A stretch of DNA of 63,945 nt, filler included, from Saprolegnia diclina VS20 (lineage: Eukaryota), in assembly GCF_000281045.1 (NCBI RefSeq). It is 7 parts of 3 records of this genome, joined end to end, with 100 filler letters (N's around TTAATTAATTAA, not from the genome) between each part and the next. Parts side by side here need not be neighbours in the genome. Positions count along the whole stretch, not along the records: positions 24,367 to 39,226 come from NW_008246072.1; positions 39,327 to 50,465 come from NW_008246072.1; 5 more parts are not named here. One strand, given 5' to 3'. Positions 33,592 through 45,429 of this stretch are shown one piece after another. The number at the start of each line of letters is the position of its first letter. Positions within the stretch are counted from its first letter, which is position 1. Both the position numbers and the translations under genes were made by a program. The notes under the pieces are model-generated. The model did no database searches. It had not been told where the DNA came from and saw nothing but the letters and a program-made list of their open reading frames with translations.

Positions 33592-35199
33592 ATGACCACC
33601 GACAACCGAGCGGCAATATGGCTGCTATCGCCGATCGCGCTGCAGATTCTGGACTACCTCGACGACGGCGACGACGCATACGCCTTTCTTCAAGCTGCGC
33701 CCGACGGCAGCCTCGATGACGCGCTCGACGCGCTACGGACGCTCTTGGCCATGGACTCGGAGCTGCCACTCTGGCCCACGGCCCACATTGCCAATCTCGA
33801 CAAGGCCTACAGCATGAGTCCTGGCGTCGTCACAAGGGCGCTTCCAGCGTTCAAGAAGATAACTGTCGCTTGCAGCCAGGACTGCCCGAGCATTTGCCAC
33901 AACACGGTCCTGCCACCGACGACTGCCGTGAGGTCGAGCGTTCGAGACGACGTCACCAGTGTCCGCGCAGCCCTTGGCAAATGGCTTCCGAACCTCGTGG
34001 ATTTCAGGATTGTGAGTCCTTCTTCCGTGGACTTTTCGGCCGTCGTCAAGGACAGCCTCTCGTCGTGCCCGAGCCTTTGTTCGCTGACCATGGACCAGCA
34101 AGAGGTTTTTACGCAGGATGCATTTGACGCAGCACTGACGGCTGTCGTCGCAACTTGCCGCCACGTCGAACGCATCAGTATCAGTTCGTCCAAAATCTCG
34201 CACATGTCGGACTGGAGAAGCCTCCTCACGTGGCTGGCGCAGCCAACTGCGCGTCATCTGGAGCTGGACAGTACCGACTTTCCAGGCGCACTTGGCACAG
34301 ACCTCGCAGCAGCAATGATAGTGTCGAATACGCTGGAGACGATCGAGTTACTTCATATGCCGAGCCTCACACGCGCAGTAACGAGTCCGTCGTCGCCGCC
34401 GCTTCTTGAGCAACTGCGGCACTTGGTGATCTGGGACTACATACCGGAAGACGACTACGATACCTACGACGACGACGACGATGACATCATTCCACCGCCG
34501 GCGTTTGATGAAGCGGATATGGCCTCGCTCGCCCGCAAGCTCGCGACCTCGCGCCTCGAAAGCTTGGATTTGATGCTCCGAGTTGCTTGCGATGCCACGT
34601 CAGTCCTTTTCATCTTGCTGGAGGTACCAACACTGACCAAATTTGCGCTCCAGGAAGCGAATCTGACCGCGTTCCCACCTCTGATGCAGCTTTTGCATCT
34701 CGAGTTGAGCTCGGTAACGTTCTCGGACGAGGCCATCGCGTCGCTCGCGGCGCTGCTTCGCTCGTCGCCCAAGCTCGTGCAGTTGGATCTTGGCAACGAC
34801 GAGCTCCCGATCTCCCAAGCCGACACGATCTTTTGCGCGCTGCCGCAGTGGCTGAGTCGTCGTGGGACAACATGCGGCGTCTACCTTGCGATCAAGAGTG
34901 ATGCGTGTGCTAATGCTTTTGCAACGGCACTCGCTCAGGCGCACAACGCACACAAGGTCAAGATCACGGTTTCGGCATACGGCCTCTCGCTCGCAGCCAA
35001 GGCACTCGTTGTCACCGCGCTGGCGTCAACAGCGCGGATAGCGCTGGTGTTTAGCGGACCCCAAGATCCCAAGATCGATGCGGCACTGGAAGCGTGTGGT
35101 CGGCAACATCATTTGACAATCGTGTATCGCAAGGAGTACCCTCAGACGGCCAGGCAGACCTGGTTCCACTCGCCACGCAATGCATTGACGACCTACTAG
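33592..35199 (+). CDS. F-box-like/LRR family protein, copy D
   Basis: MTTDNRAAIWLLSPIALQIL; colinear paralogue. Confidence 0.8.
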   Translation: MTTDNRAAIWLLSPIALQILDYLDDGDDAYAFLQAAPDGSLDDALDALRTLLAMDSELPLWPTAHIANLDKAYSMSPGVVTRALPAFKKITVACSQDCPSICHNTVLPPTTAVRSSVRDDVTSVRAALGKWLPNLVDFRIVSPSSVDFSAVVKDSLSSCPSLCSLTMDQQEVFTQDAFDAALTAVVATCRHVERISISSSKISHMSDWRSLLTWLAQPTARHLELDSTDFPGALGTDLAAAMIVSNTLETIELLHMPSLTRAVTSPSSPPLLEQLRHLVIWDYIPEDDYDTYDDDDDDIIPPPAFDEADMASLARKLATSRLESLDLMLRVACDATSVLFILLEVPTLTKFALQEANLTAFPPLMQLLHLELSSVTFSDEAIASLAALLRSSPKLVQLDLGNDELPISQADTIFCALPQWLSRRGTTCGVYLAIKSDACANAFATALAQAHNAHKVKITVSAYGLSLAAKALVVTALASTARIALVFSGPQDPKIDAALEACGRQHHLTIVYRKEYPQTARQTWFHSPRNALTTY

Positions 35200-35785
35200 C
35201 GACTTGGTGAAATGAAACAGCGATTTAATGTCAAATTCTCAGGTCTGAGGTCGCCATCTTCCCAGTGTTGGGTCCAAAAAGCGAGTCGCTATCGATGATC
35301 CGGTGCGCAATGAAAACGTCGCAACTCATCCGTTCAATCAGATGCGACCTTGGGACACTTGTTCATGAATGCCCCGTCCAATGTGGTTGTCTTGACGAGG
35401 GTGTCGCCTTGGCTCGTGGGAAGATCGTCTTGTGCAAAAGCACACCAGGTGAAAAACTCACGTGCACATCATTTTACAATCGGCATACTTCCTGTTTCTT
35501 CTCCCAAGATGCTTCCTCTCACGCGTTGGATCGCAGCCGGGCACATATTCGAATATAGGTGTATCCAAGGAAGCACGCTCGTGTTCGGACTGCTTCCATA
35601 CTCAGTACCACGAGTTTTGCGATGGCGTGCATTTTGACGTGTAAAATGTGTGAATGGCGACCGAAGCACGTTCACGGTTCGTGTGTTTTCAGAGCAAAAC
35701 ATATGTAAGAACACGCAAGGAACCTTCCGCAAGCCAACAGTGCTCCACAACCCGTTCAAAGAGTCTTCATTTTGGCACTCACGGG

Positions 35786-37438
35786 ATGACGATCGACAAA
35801 CGAGCGACGTCGGCGCCGTGGCTGCTGCCGCCGATCGCGCTGCAGATTCTGCACTACCTTGACGATGCTGACGACGCACGCGCCTATCTTCAAGCAGCGC
35901 CAGACGGCAGCCTCGATGACGCGCTCGACGCGCTACGGACGCTCTTGGCCAAAAACAAGCTGCTTTCCCTGTGGCCGATGCCGCACATTGCCAGTCTGGA
36001 CAAAGCCTACTACGCTGATCCAACCGTCGTGATGAGAGCGCTTCCTCTCTTCAAGGAGATCACGTTCACTAGCCGCCGAGCCGGTTGGACCATCTGCGAA
36101 GGTGCCCACGCGATAGTTCTGCCACCGACGACTGCCGTGATCGCCGACGTCAACCTTGAGGTCGTTGGTAGCGTCCGTGAAGCGCTCGGAAAGTGGTTGC
36201 CGAACCTCGCGGCTCTTAACATCGGAAACGAACTGTACCAGGACTTGGCGGCCGTCGTCGCGGACAACCTCTCGGCATGCCATGGTCTCCGCACGCTGTC
36301 CCTGCATCAAGAAGAGGAGCTGGACCGAGAGTCGTTTGTTCATACACTAACGGCTATCGTCGCAACATGCCCGCAGGTCGAACGTATTAGCGTCGGTTCC
36401 TCCAGCTACTCACCCGTGTGGGACTGCAAGGCGCTCCTCGCTTGGCTGGCGCTGCCCACCGCACGTCATCTTAAGCTAGACGGCACCGACTTCCAAGACG
36501 AGTCCGGCTTCGAGCTGGCGATGGTCATGCTCACGTCGAGTACGCTCGAGACGATCACGCTCTCGGATGTTCCGAGTCTCACGCGTGCGGTGGTCTCTCC
36601 GTTCTCGCCGCCGTTGCCCCAGAACCTGCGGCACTTGACCATTATCGACTCCATGTTGGCCCAGGAGCCCGGTAAGGACGACACGTTCAATGATATGTAC
36701 GGCAATGGCGAGGACGACGATGTCGTCGATCCACCGCTGCCGTTTAATGACGGGGACGTGGCCGCGCTCGCCGCCAAGCTGTCGACTGCCTCACGCCTCG
36801 AAGGCTTTAGTTTGACGGCGCCAACGTTTTGCGATGCCACGCCGCTTGTTAACGTCTTGGTGCAGCTACCGACGTTGAATCGTCTCTTTTTGTGTGACGT
36901 GCACCTGACGTCGTTCCCGCCACTGCGTCCGCTTTTGTATCTCCACCTCGTCTCGGTGACGTTCTCGGACAAGGCCATTGAGCACCTGGCGACTCTGCTT
37001 TTCTCGACGCCCAAGCTGCTGCAGCTGGACCTCAGCTACCAATACAACCCGCTGCCCGATGGCCAATTCAGGACGATCTTGCGTGCGCTGCCTCAATGGT
37101 TGAGCGGTCGCAGTGCCGTGTGCCGTGTCAACATTTCGATGGCGGGCAATGCGTGCGCCAGTGACATGGCAGCTGCGCTTGCCCAGACGCGCAATTCGCA
37201 CAAAGTCAAAATCATGCTTCGTACCAATGGTGTCTCGCTGGACGCCAAGAAGCAGCTTGTCGCGGCGATAGCATCGACGTCGCAGATGGCGCTCTTCATC
37301 GACGGAGCCAATCGTCTTGAAGAGGACGAGCTGAAAGCGTACGGTCGACAACTGCGTCTCCAGATCACAACTCGCAAGGACCATCCGGGCTGGCCCAAGC
37401 AGTGCTGGTTCCACTCGCCACGTACATTGACCGACTAG
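35786..37438 (+). CDS. F-box-like/LRR family protein, copy E
   Basis: MTIDKRATSAPWLLPPIALQIL; colinear paralogue. Confidence 0.8.
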   Translation: MTIDKRATSAPWLLPPIALQILHYLDDADDARAYLQAAPDGSLDDALDALRTLLAKNKLLSLWPMPHIASLDKAYYADPTVVMRALPLFKEITFTSRRAGWTICEGAHAIVLPPTTAVIADVNLEVVGSVREALGKWLPNLAALNIGNELYQDLAAVVADNLSACHGLRTLSLHQEEELDRESFVHTLTAIVATCPQVERISVGSSSYSPVWDCKALLAWLALPTARHLKLDGTDFQDESGFELAMVMLTSSTLETITLSDVPSLTRAVVSPFSPPLPQNLRHLTIIDSMLAQEPGKDDTFNDMYGNGEDDDVVDPPLPFNDGDVAALAAKLSTASRLEGFSLTAPTFCDATPLVNVLVQLPTLNRLFLCDVHLTSFPPLRPLLYLHLVSVTFSDKAIEHLATLLFSTPKLLQLDLSYQYNPLPDGQFRTILRALPQWLSGRSAVCRVNISMAGNACASDMAAALAQTRNSHKVKIMLRTNGVSLDAKKQLVAAIASTSQMALFIDGANRLEEDELKAYGRQLRLQITTRKDHPGWPKQCWFHSPRTLTD

Positions 37439-37867
37439 CGACGCCGCATGACTACATCGTAGCTTGAAAAACAATCTCAATACCATTCGTCGTTGTTTTT
37501 AATACTAGTATGGCGTCGGTAGGCAGGTGTCACCAGGTGAAAAACTCGCGTGTGAATCAAGGATTCTCTCTCGATGTTTTTCCTGCTTCTCCAACGATCC
37601 ACTGTTACGAAGTATATGTATAGTACCTTGCGCTGTGAACCGCAGCCGCACATATTCCAATCCATGCAGGTACATGCAAGTCAGGAACATCTATGTCCCT
37701 CTTGCAAGGAAGCTCGCTTGACATGCTTGTGGACCAACGCGATCCGACGGTGTAAAACATGACGCACGGTGCATTTCACGTGTTTTTCACGGCAAAACAC
37801 CGTGAGGAACACTCGAGGAACCTTCTTTCACAACGTGGTATCCGGATTTCATTTGGGTGAGCACAAG

Positions 37868-39226
37868 ATGATGGCGGACAACCGATCGACATCGGCGCCA
37901 TGGCTGCTACCGCCGATCGCGCTGCAGATTCTGCACTACCTCGACGACGCCGATGACGCACACGCATTTCTTCAAGCGGCGCCCAACGACAGCCTTGATG
38001 ACGCGCTCGACGCGCTACGGACGCTCTTGGCCATGGACGTGGAGCTGCCGCTCTGGCCCACGGCCCACATTGCCGGCCTGGACGAAGCCTATACCAGTGT
38101 CTTCGCGACAGCGCTTCCATTGTTCAAGACGATTACTGTCACGAGCAGCCAGAATAACTGCAAGATATGTCATGCGACGGAGCTACCGCCGACAACCGCA
38201 TTGAGCGCCACCGTGGAGGACGGCGTCATCAGCGTCCGAGCTGCCCTCGGCGATTGGCTCCCACGCCTCGTGGATCTCAAAGTCATGAGCGGAAACGATC
38301 TGAACGCTGTGGCACTTGTCAAAGATGACCTCTCGGCATGCCATGACCTCCGTGCGCTGACCATGAACCAGGAAGATGGGCTTGGCCAAGACGCCTTTGA
38401 CGCTGCGCTGACGGCTGTCATCGCAACGTGCCCGCAGGTCGAACGTATCTGCGTCGGTTCGTCCAGTCTCTCGTACATGTCGGACTGCAAGCACCTCGTT
38501 GCGTGGTTGGCGCTGCCGTCCGCGCGCCATCTCAAGGTGGAGTGTACCGACTTTCAAGACGAGCTCGGTGCTGAGCTGGCGGTGGCCATGCTCACGTCGA
38601 CTACGCTCGAGACGATCGAGCTATCTGAGGTGCCGAACCTCACGCGCGCGATTCTTTGTCCGTCGTCGCCGCCGATGCCGTCGCAACTGCAACACCTAAC
38701 GATCTGCGACTGTATGACGACTGGCGGGTACGATTCATGGGACGACGGCAACAACACTACTGTGGATCCTCCATCGGCGTTCGACGAATCAAACGTGGTC
38801 GACGTTGCCACCAAGATTTCGACTGCTTCAAGCCTCAAAAGCTTGGACTTGTGGTCTCGAACGTCGTGCGATGCAACTCCAGTCGTCAACATATTGCCGC
38901 AGCTACCGACATTGACCAAGCTCGCGCTTCAGGACGTGCATTTGGCCGCGTTTCCGTCACTGCGTCAGCTTTGGCATCTTGAACTGTGGTGGGTGAGCTT
39001 CTCGGATGACGCCATCGCGTCGCTCGCAACGCTGCTTTGCTCGTCCCCAAAGCTGGTGCACCTCGATCTTCGCAACAGACACCTCCCCGATCACCAAACC
39101 AAAGCAATTTTGAGCGCGCTGCCAGACTGGCTAAGCCGCCGCGGGACAGCGTGCGACGTCCGTCTGACAATCAAGTCTGATGCGTGTGCCGTTGCATTTG
39201 TGACGGCCCTCGCTCAGACACGCAAC
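37868..39226 (+). CDS. F-box-like/LRR family protein, copy F (3' end lost in gap)
   Basis: Colinear paralogue running into Ns at AQTRN. Confidence 0.8.
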
Positions 39227-39763
39227 NNNNNNNNNNNNNNNNNNNNNNNNNNNNNNNNNNNNNNNNNNNNTTAATTAATTAANNNNNNNNNNNNNNNNNN
39301 NNNNNNNNNNNNNNNNNNNNNNNNNNGTCTACGCATGACGAGATCACGCAGAGCGAGTTCGCGTCGACCAATTCGTCGTCGTCGGCTGCAAGGGCGAGGC
39401 CGCGCGTGCGGCCGGCGTCAAGTCCTCGACGTCCAGGAATCGGTCGGCAGCGCCGTCGAGTCTGGCTACCAAATTCCAGGACATGGCGGCAAATATAAGC
39501 ACGCGATCGCTGGGGAGCGGGTTGGTGCCTTTAGAAGCAGTGTCGCTTACGTTTTGGCGCCATTGCAGTTGTCGATTGGTACTCAGTTCGAACCATCCCC
39601 CACTGCATTTTGCTCGCAGCTGCATCAGCTTCTTGAGGTTGCTGTAGATCACCAGACGCTGCTGCATTGGCGGTGCTTTGGGACACTGAGTAGCGTCAAC
39701 CACAACGTCGCCGGTTCTATGTACGATATGGTATTCCACCTTATCCATCTATCGACAACGGCT

Positions 39764-40854
39764 CTACACGTGCTTGATCTTTTGCCGGATCGTGTTGCGG
39801 CTCATGCGCAGCACGGACGCGAGGCCAATCAGCGCGACGACCGCCAGCGTCGTCACAAACTGCCACCACTCGCTCGACTTGGCGACGCGGTGTTCGTTGG
39901 CCGAGCACGCGGCTTCGTCCAGGCACTCGACACGGTAGCTCGTCTTGTAAAAGAGGAAGAGGACACCGGCCATCATTGCGACCACGAGCGCGACGCGGTG
40001 CAGCAGCGTGAGCAAATCGACACTCGCGTCAAAGCCCGAGCTCTGAAAGACGACAAAGCGCGTGCACTGCTTGCCTTTCGTCAGCGTCAGATCGCAGTAC
40101 GTGCCCGGCGTCGCGTGCACGGCGCCACAAAGATCGTGGTTGGCCGCGACCGCCACATGCCACGTGTTGCCATAGCTCTGGACCAGGTACGCCTACGAGA
40201 GAGGGTTGCGATACGGTATATGGTCCAATGTCATTCATAGGCGCCGTACCTTGAGGTCGGCGACCATGTGTTCGGTCGTGCCAAGGCCTACGAGACGCTC
40301 GCACATGCGGACGAGCGCTGTTTCGTGGGTGGCAGTCATGTCCGACTCCATGATCGTGCTCTTCCTACAAGCATTGATGCAGCTGTGAGGCTGCCGGTCT
40401 AATAGCGAGCAGATTTTACGTACAGGCCAGGAGCCCCAGTCGTCGGCACGTTGGCGCTGAGCTTGGGCGTCGCCGATGTGTGTGTCGCTCGGTACAAGAC
40501 GAGCTTGGTGCTTGTCGACTTGTGCAAGAGGACGACCGCGCAGCCCTTGCGCTACATTGTACTTAGCATTACCAGCATGAAAAGTGGATATGAGCGTACG
40601 TAGCGCACGTCGACGGCAAAGTCCTTGCCCACGATCACGTGCCAGCCGTGGCCCTGCGATGCCTCAAAGTCGGCGAGGAAGGTCTCGGCGAGGTCCTTGA
40701 GCGTCTTGGCGTTGCCGGCCACGCGTTGGATGCTCTACGCATGCGTCGCTTGAGCCGCTGTAGGCGGAAGGAAGGCTACCTGCAGCGCTGCCGTTTGCAG
40801 CGCCATCGAGGCCGCGGGTCCCTTCGACACCGTGAACGTCTTGTCGAAGACCAT
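39764..40854 (-). CDS. Tandem dynein light chain (LC8-like) domains plus 2 TM helices, about 293 aa, 5 exons
   Basis: Exons 40854-40780, 40734-40600, 40551-40424, 40364-40250, 40192-39764 joined by GT-AG introns without frame break; GHGWHVIVGKDFAVDVRY and IMESDM..LKAYLVQSYGNTWHV. Confidence 0.8.
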
Positions 40855-41699
40855 GGTCGTCGTCTTCAGTCACTGCGAAAGGCAAACTTGCTTTGGCCAA
40901 TGGGAGGCGACGATGCGCACACTATATCCCGTCGGTGGACCAGCCGCTTTTTATGCACCCAAGTCGACGCTCGCGACGGCAACGTGAGCTCACACTATAT
41001 ACCAACTCAAGCTACATATAGTGTTATTCCTTCGTGGGGCAGCGAATGTGGCGGTGGCAAGGCGGGAACGCCTTCGGTGGTCCGCTACAGAGAGCCACAC
41101 ACACATCTACAGCAGTGATAGCTATGGAATGCGCCATAAAGCTACCTTTATGCACTAATAGTGAGCGCGTCTGTCATGCTGCAACTGATGTCAAAGGCAC
41201 ACACTACTTGGCGTCTTCTGGACCTCTATCATTACATATTGCACCGCACAAATATATTAAATGACAGAGACATGGCCGCTTTTTCAATTCCAGAGAGACT
41301 GCACGCAGACGCGTTCTGTGCGGTTGGGCGACCTCTTGGTGGCTGCGGAGGCGCCAAGCAGACGCACGCAGTCCCACTCCCGAGTAGCTCCCGCTTGCCC
41401 GCGCTCTTTCGCTGCGAGTTCGGGCCCATCAGCACGGGGAGAAATTACCAGCCCTATCTCGATTGTCTCAAGCGCCTATTTGAAGTAGTTCTCAACAACC
41501 TATATAGGATTTAAAGAGCCTAATCAGGCAGCAAAGCCAGCCAAACAAGGCCCCACTAAGAAATCCATTCTGATTGCGACTTTTCTGGGAATTGAGAATT
41601 ATTTATTGTACAGCACATGTCCCATACAAATAGCAAGATAAACCAAACGCAATTTATGAGCGCTGGTTCATTTCTCCAAGCAGTTCCGCAACGGACAAG

Positions 41700-43453
41700 A
41701 TGCAGCACGACCCGACCGCGTCGGCGAACCCGACCGAGGTCGACGTCTGCATGACTGACGAGATGAACCCGCTGGCGCAAGCAGCGGTTGCTGCCGATGG
41801 CGAAGCGACCGCGCGCGGGAGCCCACGGTCGCCGGCCAGCGCGATCGACACGACCCACCTCGACAATGCGACGGCGACGATGGTGACGATCGCAGTGAAC
41901 GAGGAGGCGAAGCGACCCTCGCCGACCGCGGCGCCACGAACAAGCGATGGTACGTCGCCTCGGACGTCGCCTCGGTCGTCGCCCAAGGCCAAGCCCGACA
42001 GCATCTACTGGGTCAAGCGGACGAAATTCCTCCAGCGTGATGTACTCTACATTTGCCAAAACGTCAATGGTCCGTGCCCACTGCTCGCAATCTGCAACGT
42101 GCTCTTGCTGCGGGGCCATTTGCACATTGACGCGTTTGTACGCTCCACGCCCGCCGGTCAAGGCTACGTGTACGCGCGTGATGTCATGGAGCTGGTCCAG
42201 CAGCGCATCCTCACGACCAATGCCCACTTTTCCGAGGTAGCGTCCGCTCGCATCTCGTTTCTTGTGCATGGAATCGTGTGTGTTGTAGGCGGAGAAGACG
42301 ACCGTCCAGGAAGTCGTCGACCTCATTCCGTCGCTGCATGTTGGCTTGGACGTCAACGTTCAGTTCCATGCGATCGACGCGTTCGAGTACACAAGCGCAC
42401 TCGCGATTTTCGATTTACTCGCGATGCGCCTCGTGCACGGCTGGGTCGTCGACCCGCAGGATGTTGAGACGGCCTCGGTCATTGGCGCCAAGTCGTACAA
42501 CCACATTATCGAGACGGTCATTGACCACCACTCGGTTGGCGACGACGCCAGCGCCGCCGCCTCCACCATGGTCAAGGAGCGGTCGCTCTCGATGGAGAAC
42601 GCGGTCGCCAAGGTCCAGCAGGTCCAGCACGACGGGCCGATCATTGAGCAGTTCCTCGCCGAGAGTGCCAACCAGCTCACGTTTGCCGGTCTCGTCTTGC
42701 TGCACGAAGAAGAAGGTATCAAGGAGCGGGAACTGGCCGTATTTTTCCGCAACAATCATTTTTCGACCATCTTCAAGGTATTTCTATCGTTAAAAAGATG
42801 GAGAATATTGTCTGGATGATGATGAACTTGTGTAGATTGATGGCGCGCTCTACCTGCTCGCTACCGACGCTGGCTACTTTGACGAACCGAGCGTCATTTG
42901 GGAAAAACTCGATGAAATTGACGGCGACAGCGAGTATTTCACGTGCGCATTTACGCCGGTCGTTGCCCGCGATACGAAACAGCAAGCGCTCTTGGCGACG
43001 CAGTCCACCGACGAGCCACCGCCGCCCATCATCTCGGAGGACGAGTACGACCATGCAATGATTTACGTGTGCAACGCTAAGATGCTATATGGTAGCGCCG
43101 ACTATCTCATGGCGCTGCGCCTCCAAGAAGAAGAAAACCGAATGGCAAAAGGCGCGATGCCCGAACCGCCGGTACGACCGCCGTCGCCACGTCGACCGCC
43201 AAGCCCGCGGCATGTGCCACCGATGATCTCGGGCGTGAGCGTTGACCCGCTCGAAATGACAGACGAAGAGCTTCGACTCCAGCGGGAGGCGGAGGCGTAC
43301 TACAAGCAGCAGCAGCTGCGCACCCAGCGCCAAGCGACTGGTGGCCAACCAGAGGTTCGGCAGCAGCTCCCGCGACGTGAGGGCAGTGCAGCCTCGCGTC
43401 CACGACGCAGTATGACCAACAACAGCAATGATGCAGGTTGTCGTGTGATGTAA
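41700..43453 (+). CDS. MINDY-1/2 family (FAM63) deubiquitinase
   Basis: QNVNGPCPLLAICNVLLL (catalytic Cys), HGWVVDPQ, FFRNNHFST (His), LATDAGY; MIU-like DYLMALRLQEEE; introns 42237-42288, 42778-42835 and probably one near 43060-43095. Confidence 0.93.
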
Positions 43454-44127
43454 TTTTCAGCACAATTCATTTCAATCTGCGAGCTTTATCGGCAAATGGA
43501 CAACGTTTGACATGGCCAAATTGCTCGCCTTGATGCTGGTCTGCGATTCGAGTCGTCGTCCATGGTTGTTTTGTTTGCGAGCACTGCTTGCGCCAGCTGG
43601 TCAACGCGTATCTTTCCGGTTACGTAGCTAAGGTGTGTGTAAATAGAAAAATGAACCTAATTTAACTAGAATCACGATAAATTACGGATAAGAACTCGGA
43701 TCTCGTCCAACACAGTAGCGCAATGAGTCCGTCGACTTTTCGATGGCATTCAGTGTACTGCCAGCAACATGTTCTGGTAGTACACTGTGTGCCAGCGTAC
43801 AGCGTACTGCCAGAGTACGCTGTGCGTGAGGCGGCTCTCACAGAGCGCTTGCAAAAGTATTCAAGCATTTGCGGTCCAGGTGCGCGAACCTTTCGATGGT
43901 ATTTGGTGCGCCGACGCTCCCACGTTCGCGCGCATGGGCTGCTGGGTCCTCTTTTCATTGCACAGCGCCTTTGTTATCTCTTTGGGGTATTTACAATACA
44001 CCAAATTCGAATCGAATAGAAATGAATNNNNNNNNNNNNNNNNNNNNNNNNNNNNNNNNNNNNNNNNNNNNNNNNNNNNNNNNNNNNNNNNNNNNNNNNN
44101 NNNNNNNNNNNNNNNNNNNNNNNNNNN

Positions 44128-44340
44128 TGAGCTGCGCACGGTGACCTTCTCGGACACTGCCATCGAGTCGCTGGCTGCGTTTCTTGGGTCGTCGCCAAAG
44201 ACCGTGCAGCTGGATCTGGGATGCGACCCGCTCCCAGATCCACACGCCAACATCATCTTTGGTGCGCTACCGCAATGGCTCAGTCGCCGAGGTACGGCGT
44301 GCGAGATACGCCTTGCGATCACGAGCGGTGTATGTGCGGC
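44128..44340 (+). pseudogene. Truncated F-box-like/LRR family fragment
   Basis: VTFSDTAIESLAAFLGSSPK..LPQWLSRRGTAC, then an abrupt switch to a repeat also found at 43977-44027. Confidence 0.7.
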
Positions 44341-45429
44341 TCTCTGGGGTATTTACTATACACCAAATTCGAATCGAATAGAAATGAATTTGACATGACT
44401 TCATGCAGCCCACAGTCGACTGCTGCATTTCGTCATGTGCCAAGTTCGCCAGAGGGCGATTGACCGTCGTCGATCGGTTGGCAGCCCCGTCTACGCATGA
44501 CGAGATCACGCAGAGCGAGTTCGCGTCGACCAATTCGTCGTCGTCGGCTGCATGGGCGAGGCCGCGCGTGCGGCGGGCGTCAAGTCCTCGACGTCCAGGA
44601 ATCGGTCGGCAGCGCCGTCGAGCGTGGTCGGCGACTACCAGNNNNNNNNNNNNNNNNNNNNNNNNNNNNNNNNNNNNNNNNNNNNNNNNNNNNNNNNNNN
44701 NNNNNNNNNNNNNNNNNNNNNNNNNNNNNNNNNNNNNNNNNGTACTGCGCTGCAGACGCTTGCAAGCGTGTGCCAGCTGGTAGCCCCAAAGTATCTTTCC
44801 GGTTAATATACGTGGCTAGCACGTGTGCAACAAGACCAACTGAATTCATTCGACGGAGAAGGCGAGAGCGCAGCGACGTCTGCGCGCCTGCCAAGCGTCG
44901 TTTGGTCAATGTGGTCTCTGCGTCCGCGCCGACCTTCCTCGCCAACGTTGCTAGCGGCACCAAGCATTTGCAGTAAATCGGAGAGAATGGTATGAACCTG
45001 ACGCTCCCAAGCACGAAGAAGAGGCAGCTGCTGCCTTTCTGTAGTTCAACAACCGAGCGCTTTGGAACGCTTCCACACGAGCTGCGGCCGAGGTGCGCGA
45101 GCTCGTAGAAGCACAATGCTGCGTCCAACGCTCCCACGTTCGCGCATCTGGGCTACACGTTCTCTCTTCGTTGCACACAGCCTTTCCGTACGGGGTATTT
45201 CTACAAAATAGCAAAGGCGAGCGAGTCGGTGCATGGACCAGTCTACTTCACAGTCGCTGAGCGCGCGGCAGCCCCGCCAACACAAGACGTGGTCGCGCAC
45301 AAGTTATCGACGCTAAACGCCTCGTCGTCGGCCCCAAATGCGAGGCTGCGCCATGCCGCCCGCACCAAGTCCTCGCCGTTCACGTAGCGGTCGACGGCGC
45401 CGTCGCGCCCGGCAGCCAAGGTCCAAGAC

